A DNA stretch of 64,000 nucleotides, taken from positions 31,372,001 to 31,436,000 of the forward strand of contig OX597842.1 in assembly GCA_951406725.2 (NCBI GenBank), read 5' to 3'. The position numbers and the translations under genes were made by a program. Positions 55,800 to 64,000 of the stretch are shown one piece after another. Position 1 is the first letter of the stretch, and each line of letters starts with the position of its first letter. Origin of the DNA: Octopus vulgaris. Lineage: Eukaryota. Below the pieces are notes generated by a model. That model made no database searches, was not told the origin of the DNA, and saw nothing but the letters and a program-made list of their open reading frames with translations.

Positions 55800-56044
55800 G
55801 TGTATATACATACATTAGTGTGTGTATATTTTTAATGTCATTTTCAATAAATAAATTGCACCTCTACATATAAAATACAATATTGTGAAGTGCTTATAAT
55901 GAATCGTTTGTTTTATACACATCATCGTCATCGCCGTCATCATTCAATGTCCATTTTCCATGCTTGGAGAAATTTTGAACCTGGGTTCTCATTCCTAAGA
56001 TATTTTTTGATGTTGTTATTATTGTTATTACTATTATTATTATT

Positions 56045-56113
56045 CAGGTCACTGCCTGGAATTGAACTTGGAATCTTGGGTTTGGTAGCCCGTGCTCTTA
56101 ACCACTATGCCAT
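56045..56113 (-). other. tRNA-like Pol III A/B-box module
   Basis: Minus strand: TGGCATAGTGGTTAAGAGC...CCAAGTTCAATTCC, followed by (TAA)n. Confidence 0.6.
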
Positions 56114-56121
56114 ATACTTGA

Positions 56122-56167
56122 GACACCTGATGAAGGCTGGAGGGTATCTCAGCCGAAAGGTTGTGTT
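56122..56167 (+). ncRNA. Minimal type-I hammerhead motif (PLE type)
   Basis: GACAC-CTGATGA-A-GGCTG(gagggtatct)CAGCC-GAAA-GG-TT-GTGTT. Confidence 0.7.
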
Positions 56168-56314
56168 AACAACAAACAAGATGAGGACAAATATCCATCA
56201 AATGTAAATAATGTAAATAATGTAGATAATTCCTCGTCTCTTAAATATGGAACTGTATTTGGAAGGAGATCTAAGCATAGAAATCCTACCAAAACAGATG
56301 TTAAATGATGATTT

Positions 56315-56712
56315 AGGTGCAGGAGTGTCTGTGTGGTAAGTAGCTTGCTTACCAGCCACATGGTTCTGGGTTCAGTCCCATTGCGTGGCACCTTGGGCAA
56401 GTGTCTTCTACTATAGCCACAAGCTGTCCAAAGCCTTGTGAGTGGATTTGGTAGATGGAAACTGAAAGAAGCCTGTTGTATATATGCATGTGTGATGTTT
56501 GTTTGTCTGTTTGTTCCCCCTTCTCCCCACCATCGCATGACAACCGACGCTGGTGTGTTTAATTCCCTGTAACTTAGTGGATCGGCAAAAGAGACTGATA
56601 GAATAAGTACTAGGCTTACAGAAAACGAGTCCTGGTGTTGATTTGTTCGACTAAAGGTGGTGCTCTAGCATGGCCACAGTCAAATGACTGAAACAAGTAA
56701 AAGAATAAAAGA
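56315..56712 (+). mobile_element. SINE family A (diverged)
   Basis: Homology to family A. Confidence 0.85.
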
Positions 56713-56757
56713 GTACACGATAGGCTTCTTTCAGTTTCTGTCTACCAAATCCCATCA

Positions 56758-57363
56758 GCTATGGTACGACCACACTTGGAATTCGCATCATCAGTTTGGA
56801 ACCCCTATCTTGCTCAGAACATTGACCTCCTGGAATCTGTCCAGAGACGTGCAACCAAACGCATACCCTCCATCAGACACCTACCATATTCTGAGCGCCT
56901 TGTTTCCCTGGGCATGGATTCACTGAAGCTCCGGCGTTTGGCGACGGACTTGGTGAACACCCACAAAGTTATCAACCACCTCACCAACAACAACACTGAA
57001 CACCTTTTTGATCTCCATGTGTCCAACACACGTGGATATGCCTACAAAGTCAGAAAACAGCACAGCTCCCATGACTTTCGGAAACATTTTTTCACGCTCA
57101 GAGTTGCTGAAGCATGGAACAAACTGCCTGCATCAGTTGTTGACTGCCATGACACTGCATCCTTTAAGGCCCTCATGCTTTCCGAAATCCACCGAAACTA
57201 CACCTGATTGTCCCCTTTCCATACTCATACACATATGTGTATGTCATGACTCATGCACTGTTCTTTTCCTGACGCTTGTACATTACCCTATGTACTATAC
57301 ATACACTTTAGATGAGTTGTGGTGCACCCGAGCACTGTACACAATGTTTTATTATTATTATTA
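56758..57363 (+). mobile_element. CR1-clade LINE 3' fragment, near-identical to 29365-29865
   Basis: VRPHLEFASSVWNPY..NIDLLESVQRRATK...; longer 3' UTR and (TAT)n tail. Confidence 0.9.
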
Positions 57364-57367
57364 TCTC

Positions 57368-57625
57368 CAGTAAGTTCACCATCATCAGTTTACCACGGGG
57401 CAAGTTCACCAACATCAACTCACTGCAGGGAAAGTTCACTGTAAAGTTCATGTTTTGATCTCCATTACTTTTGGAGTTTTTTCCCAATAAAATAGTTTTT
57501 TTTTGTTAATGGTGAGAGACTATGGATATATTTTCTTGGTAAACTTTCCTCATCTTGAACTTTTTTCATGGTGAATTGATGACAGTGAACTTACCCTGCA
57601 GTGAATTGATGACGGTGAACTCGCC
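57368..57625. mobile_element. Foldback-type element whose inverted arms are built of ~15-bp subrepeats
   Basis: AGTTCACCAACATCAACTCACTGCAGGGAAAGTTCACTG is inverted by CAGTGAACTTACCCTGCAGTGAATTGATGACGGTGAACT. Confidence 0.65.
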
Positions 57626-58029
57626 TATAATCACCAGATCTACTCACAAGGTTTTCATAAGCCCAGGGTGATAGTAGAAGACACTTGCCCAAGGTAACAG
57701 ACAGTGGAACTGAACTCAGAACCATGTGGTTCAGAAACTGTCTTTTTAACAAACACCACACAGTGATGTTACCCATGCATACATTAAATTGACCCTCTCA
57801 AAGTCTGGTATATTTAACAAGCATATATCTGGATGCCTTTATATTTATAATACAATGTTCATGTGTAGCATAATATATGGTCTAAAAGACACTATATGGA
57901 CAACACATATTTAAGAGACGGGTTAGCGAGCTGCATTAATAACCAACAAGAGTGCATCTTTACCTGATCTGAAATTATAGAATATAATCCTTACATAACT
58001 AAACCCTTCTTAGTGAAGTTTTTAATTCC

Positions 58030-58428
58030 CAGCAGACCTTTGACCAAAGATGTTCCAGCTGTGACCATCCCATCTTTTATTCAGGAATAGTGTATCTGGG
58101 ACTACATTATCTAATGTATAATTGAGTAGTTAGTATCAGTGACTGTGGTTGTTGCTGTTGTTCTTTAGCCCCTGGTCAGTCCTGATCCAGATAGACCCAC
58201 GACCAAAGACGTTCCAGCTGTGACCATCCCATCTTTTATTTAGACATGGTGTATCTAGGACTACAGTATCTAATGTTTAGTATAGTAAGTATTAGTGGTT
58301 GAAGTTGTGTTGTTTATCCCCAGGTCAGTCCTGAGCCAGATAGACCTATGATCAAAGACGTTCCAGCTGTGACCATCCTGTCTTTTATTCAGGCACAGTG
58401 TATCTAGGACTACATTATCTAATGTATC
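58030..58428 (+). repeat. Three tandem copies of an unclassified interspersed repeat (reverse copies at about 15030-15085 and 30655-30800)
   Basis: AGACCTATGATCAAAGACGTTCCAGCTGTGACCATCC...GTGTATCTAGGACTACATTATCTAATGT. Confidence 0.75.
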
Positions 58429-59034
58429 ATTCCACTTATGTAATAGTATTTAGTATTACAGCAACATATCTGTTATTATTTGTAGCCATTCCATTTAACC
58501 ACTGCCAACACCACCACCACAGTCACACTGCTAGAGCATGTGACCTCATGTAATCACCCCCACCACCACCATCATTATTGACATTACTCCTCCCACCGCC
58601 ACCATCGTCCTCTGCAAACATTATTAATATTAAAGCGTCCCTGTTTGTGTTTGGCATGTTAGTGTTTGGTCCTCTCTCCGGGATTGTTTTGCGGGATAAC
58701 GAAATATGTGTGTGCGACCATGCGCGAACAGATAACTAACCACAAAATAGAAAATATGTACAGAGGCATGTGTGTGTGGGTGTGTGCGTGTGTGTGGGTG
58801 GGTGTGGGGTATCCAACACTCTATGTATCTGTCTATGCAACATACACGCATACATACATACATACATATATATATATATATACACACACACACATATATA
58901 TACATATGCATATGTATATGTGTATATATACATATGTGTGTGTATATATATATGTATGTATATATATTTGTGTGTGTGTATATATATATTTATATATATG
59001 TATATATATATGTGTGTATATATATATATATATA

Positions 59035-59106
<72 letters not shown>

Positions 59107-59350
59107 CATACATACATACATATATATATATATTTACATGTATGTATGTATATATATATATATTTACATGTATGTATGTATATATATATATTTACATGTA
59201 TGTATGTACATATATATATATACTGTCGTTATCTCTCACTACACTTATGTTACTGTATGTTTATTATTCCAGGAAACATATATAAATATATACAATGTAC
59301 AATATAGTATATATATATATATATCAATATACACATAAATACAAACACAT

Positions 59351-59387
<37 letters not shown>

Positions 59388-59592
59388 AAATACAGTAATG
59401 TGTGTTTGTGTATAGATATATGTCTGTGTGAGTGTGTATATATTTATTGAACCTCTCTCTCTTTATGTATATTACACTAGTACGCATATAGTGTATATGA
59501 AGTATGTGTGTACATATATATGCATATATATATATATCATGATCATTCTTTAACATCCATTTTGCATATCTATACACACACAACACATACAT

Positions 59593-59644
<52 letters not shown>

Positions 59645-59849
59645 GTATGTATGTATGTATGTATGTGTTGTGTGTGTGTGTGTATACTCTCACACACATG
59701 TAATGAGTGTAGAATTTTCTGCTTATACATACACACACAAATGAATAAATGTGAATATATATGCACGCACTTATACACATCCAGTGGATTAAGCTATTCA
59801 CAAACACACCAAAAATATAATACACACACACACATAAATATATACATAC

Positions 59850-59897
<48 letters not shown>

Positions 59898-59912
59898 TTA
59901 TATGTATGTATG

Positions 59913-59958
<46 letters not shown>

Positions 59959-60264
59959 TGTATGTATATATATATGTATGTATGTATGTATATATGTATG
60001 TATGTATGTATGTATATATATATATGTATGTATGTATGTATATATATATGTATGTATGTATGTATATATATATATGTATGTATGTATGTATATATATATA
60101 TGTATGTATGTATATATATTTATATATATATGTATGTATGTATATATATTTATATATATATGTATATATATTTATATATATATGTATGTATGTATATATG
60201 TATATATGTATGTATGTATATATATTTATATATATATGTATATATGTATATATATATATGTATG

Positions 60265-60312
<48 letters not shown>

Positions 60313-60559
60313 CACATATATATATATATATACACAAATATGCATATATGTATGTTTATATATATATATTTATAAACATATATATATATATATATACTGT
60401 CGTACTTTGGTTTACGAACATCTCAGATCACGAATAAATCATGCTTTATATACATTTATATCAAAATATATATATATATATATACACACATACACATGGT
60501 TTGCAATATATATATATATATATATATACACACATGTACACGCATTCGTATATACATCT

Positions 60560-60805
60560 CTTTCTCTGCAAGTGGTTGCAACGAAGATGCATCTCAGGAT
60601 GGTGCTCCAAGAATCTTTGTTCCAATCCTTCCTCCCCCCCAACTCCCGCTCCATCTCCTGCCATTATCTTTGGTAAATCCTCAGTTCCGTATATTCTGTG
60701 CTTCTACCAATATTATTAAAGCTGTTGAGTTGCGGCCGTCCTTTATTAGAGGATGGAGAAGTCTCTGGAAAATGGCTACAGAGATGGCACGGTGTTCTGG
60801 CATGA
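60560..60805 (-). pseudogene. Highly decayed RTE-like LINE C-terminus
   Basis: KGRPQLNSFNNIGRST.. then, after a frameshift, [10 protein letters not shown] resembles RTE-group C-termini (GRP...EDLP..M.DR). Confidence 0.45.
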
Positions 60806-60880
60806 TGCACACACACACACACGTGCATACACACACACACACAGATGCAGGCGCACACACACACACACACACGGATGCAG

Positions 60881-60917
<37 letters not shown>

Positions 60918-60920
60918 CAG

Positions 60921-60977
<57 letters not shown>

Positions 60978-61030
60978 TGCAGGCACACACACACACACAG
61001 ATGCAGGCACACACACACACACACACACAC

Positions 61031-61065
<35 letters not shown>

Positions 61066-61075
61066 TGCATGCATG

Positions 61076-61490
61076 CAGGCACGAGCTTGGTCACATGGTA
61101 AGAAGTTTGCTTTCCAACCACATCATTCTTGGTTCAATCCCATTGCATGGCACCAAATGGCAAGTACCTTCCACCTGCACTCATCAAAGCCTTGGGAGTG
61201 AATTTGGTAAAACAGGAACCAAAAGAAGCTCATTCTATCTATTTATCTGTCTAAGTATATCTGTCTATTTATCTATCTATCTATCTGTCTATCTATTTGT
61301 TTGTCTGTCTGTCTATCTATCTATCTATCGTTGCTGGTGTGTTTACGTCCCCGTAATTTAGTGGTTCAGCAAAAGAGACCGATAGAATAAGTACTGGGCT
61401 TCCAAAGAATAAGTCCTGGGGTCGATTCGCTCGACTAAAGGCGGTGCTCCTGCATGGCCACAGTCAAATGACTGAAACAAATAAAAGAAT
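61076..61490 (+). mobile_element. SINE family A (diverged head, less diverged 3' half)
   Basis: Homology to family A. Confidence 0.8.
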
Positions 61491-61613
61491 ATATATATAA
61501 TTAGAGTATATATTAACTTCATGAAGGGAGTGTTGCATCCAAGGAAACACTGGTTCAATACCTAGTATTGTTGGCAAATGATATTCCCTTAAAACAATAG
61601 GTATATATTAAGC

Positions 61614-62060
61614 ATATAGCTTACCTCCAGTTAAAAAAAGAAAAGAAATTGGAGATAAGGAATTTAATAATTGTTCATCTTCGCTTCTTACAACCGTTTC
61701 AGTGAATACTCAATTATTTAATTACAATTTTGGGTATTAAATTTACCTTTATGTGACATGAGTATAATTTCATCAGAGAAAGAAAAGATGATGTACCTGT
61801 GGATGTTATATGTGGGTTTGTCAAATCTTATCAGCAGACACATGTCTGTCGAAATGAATTCACAAACGCACAACATCCAAAGGAAAATCTTTTTCTCTCT
61901 GATGAAATTATACTCATGTCACATAAAGGTAAATTTAATGACCAAAATTGTAATTAGATTATTGAGTATTCACTGAAACGGTTGTAAGAAGCGAAGATGA
62001 ACAATTATTAAATTTCTTATCTCCATTTTTTTTCTTTTTTTAAATGGATATAAGCTATAT
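61614..62060. repeat. ~445-bp imperfect palindrome, each arm with a hammerhead-like core (61684-61781 minus; 61894-61991 plus)
   Basis: Arms pair from ATATAGCTTA/TAAGCTATAT inward to the centre CAGACACATGTCTG. Confidence 0.85.
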
Positions 62061-62097
62061 AATATATGTGTGTGTATATATATATATGTAAGTATGG

Positions 62098-62398
62098 TGG
62101 AGGCGCAATGGCTCAGTAGTTAAGGCAGCGGACACGCGGTCGTAGGATCGCGGTTTCAATTCCCAGACCGGGTGTTGTGAATGTTTATTGAGCGAAAGTC
62201 CACGAGGCTCCGGCAGGGGGTGGTTGCAATCCCTGCTGTACCCTTTCGCCACAACTTTCTCTCACTCTTTCTACTGTTGGCCTGCTCACTTAGCCAGCAG
62301 GGTGGCGGCATTTGAAGGCTAAAATAATGCGAAGCGCATTGTGACCAGCGATGTGTAGCAACATATGATAGCCTGGTCGGTCACGTGATCACGGTGAT
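62098..62398 (+). mobile_element. SINE family C (tail type 1)
   Basis: Homologous to 405-678. Confidence 0.85.
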
Positions 62399-62422
62399 AT
62401 ATAAGTATGTATGTATCCATAT

Positions 62423-62800
62423 GTGGCCATGTGGTAAGAAGCTTGCTTCCTAGCCACATGGTTCAGGGTTCAGTCCCACTGCGTGACAGCCTGGGCAAGT
62501 GTCTTCTACTATAGTCTTGGGCTGACCAAAGCCTTTTGAGTGGATTTGGTGGACGGAAACTGAAAAGAAGCCTGTCATGTATTTATATATATATATGTGT
62601 GTGTGCGTGTGTGTGTATGTATATGTATCTGTGTGTGGGTGTGTTTATGTCAATGTAACTTAGCAGTTCGGCAAAAGAAACCAATAGAATAAGTACTAAG
62701 CTTTAAAAAAAAAGTCCTGGGGGTCAGTTGGTTTGAATGAAAGGTGGTGCTCCAGCATGGCCGCAGTTACACGACTGAAACAAGTGAAAGAATAAAAGAA
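62423..62800 (+). mobile_element. SINE family A (diverged)
   Basis: Homology to family A. Confidence 0.8.
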
Positions 62801-62813
62801 TATATAAATATAT

Positions 62814-62856
<43 letters not shown>

Positions 62857-62904
62857 CTTCTCTTTATCTCTCTCGTCATATATCTGTATCTATATATATA
62901 TATA

Positions 62905-63366
62905 TAATAGAAATATTAAAATTACTATGTCTCTCTAAAAGAGATCACGGCAGCGTTCCTGGAAAATAATAGTTATCGCCATACTAATATTAGTATGGCA
63001 ATAACTATTAATTTCCAGGAACGCTGCCGTGATCTCTTTTAGAGAGACTTAGTAATTTTAATATTTCTATTATTGAAGACAAGTGGATGTATTCCACCGA
63101 AACTAGGTAAATAAAACCTTCGAACAGAGATTGTCAGAAGCGACACCTACTGGTCTGACTACGCTACATTGAAAAGGGGCAATACCCCGAAACACGTCTG
63201 TAGCTGTCGGTCAAGTAGTGTGGAGCGACTGACCTCCCTTGTTCGAAGGTTATATGGATACAGTTTGTGTATCAAATAGCTAACTTAAGGCGATGGCCTC
63301 ATGGAGCTAATAAGCGGACAGCTTTTTCTTATTTTTATAAGAATGCCATATTAATATGGCGATAAC

Positions 63367-63372
<6 letters not shown>
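62905..63372 (+). mobile_element. Putative PLE-derived unit: 168-bp palindrome, two hammerhead motifs and a partial direct repeat
   Basis: Palindrome 62905-63072 (3 mismatches seen); hammerheads at 63073-63112 and 63163-63204; ATGGC(A/G)ATAACTATTA at about 62995 and 63356; (TA)n on both flanks. Confidence 0.65.
63163..63204 (+). ncRNA. Type-I hammerhead ribozyme, U3-A8 core variant, GUC cleavage site (after 63198)
   Basis: GCTACA-TTGAAAA-GGGG(caata)CCCC-GAAA-C(ac)G-TC-TGTAGC: 6-bp stem I, 4-bp stem II, minimal stem III. Confidence 0.75.
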
Positions 63373-63411
<39 letters not shown>

Positions 63412-63412
<1 letters not shown>

Positions 63413-63623
63413 TCTTTTTTACTCCTTTACTTGTTTCAGTCATTTGACTGCGGCCATGCTGGAGCACCACCTTTAATCGAGCAAATTGACCCCGGGACTT
63501 ATTCTTTTGTAAGCCCAGTACTTATTCTATCGGTCTCTTTTGCCGAACTGCTAAGTAACGGGGACATAAACACACCAGCATCGGTTGTCAAGCAATGCCA
63601 GGAGGACAAACACAGACACACAA

Positions 63624-63663
<40 letters not shown>

Positions 63664-63781
63664 ATATATACGACGGGCTTCTTTCAGTTTCCGTCTACCA
63701 AATCCACTCACAAGGCTTTGTTCGGCCCGAGGCTATAGTAGAAGACACTTGCCCAAGATGCCACACAGTGGGACTGAACCC
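63412..63781 (-). mobile_element. SINE family A (head truncated)
   Basis: Homology to family A. Confidence 0.85.
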
Positions 63782-63804
63782 ATATATATATATATATAAA
63801 TAAA

Positions 63805-64000
63805 GATTTGAGCGAGGTTGTTGCCAGTACTGCCTGACTTGCCCTATGCCGGTGGCACGTAAAAAGCACCCACTACACTCTCGGAGTGGTTGGCATTAGC
63901 AAGGGCATCCAGCTGTAGAAACTCTGCCAGATCAGATTGGAGCCTGGTACAGCCATCTTGTTGGCCAGTCCTCAGTCAAAATTGTCCAACCCATGCCAGC
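63805..64000 (+). mobile_element. RTE 3'-UTR element (runs off the window)
   Basis: GGTGGCACGTAAAAAGCACCCACTACACTC...AAGGGCATCCAGCTGTAG. Confidence 0.8.

Noticed and set aside
60496-61101. Plus-strand ORF with a unique-looking middle
   Set aside because: Better explained as the antisense of a decayed RTE-like C-terminus flanked by microsatellites.

Overview
This is a repeat-saturated, apparently non-coding eukaryotic window (intron or gene desert). The SINE families, RTE/CR1 LINE remnants and extreme microsatellite load suggest an octopus (coleoid cephalopod) genome; that assignment is an inference. I found no credible host protein-coding exon, and nearly all listed ORFs are translations of (TA)n/(TG)n/(ATG)n/(CAC)n repeats. 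Contents: three tRNA-headed SINE families (here A, B, C; dozens of copies); RTE, CR1 and R4/Dong-like LINE fragments; a decayed mariner with TIRs plus other Tc1/mariner fragments; two non-autonomous Helitrons; several satellites; and several long palindromes. The main hidden signal is about 11 type-I hammerhead-ribozyme-like motifs on both strands, several in or next to palindromes or (TA)n tracts, as expected of Penelope-like element (PLE) terminal repeats. The best one (63163-63204) is structurally intact, has a compensated U3-A8 core and sits at the tip of a ~137-nt extended hairpin. All structures and coordinates were read by eye, and boundaries are approximate.
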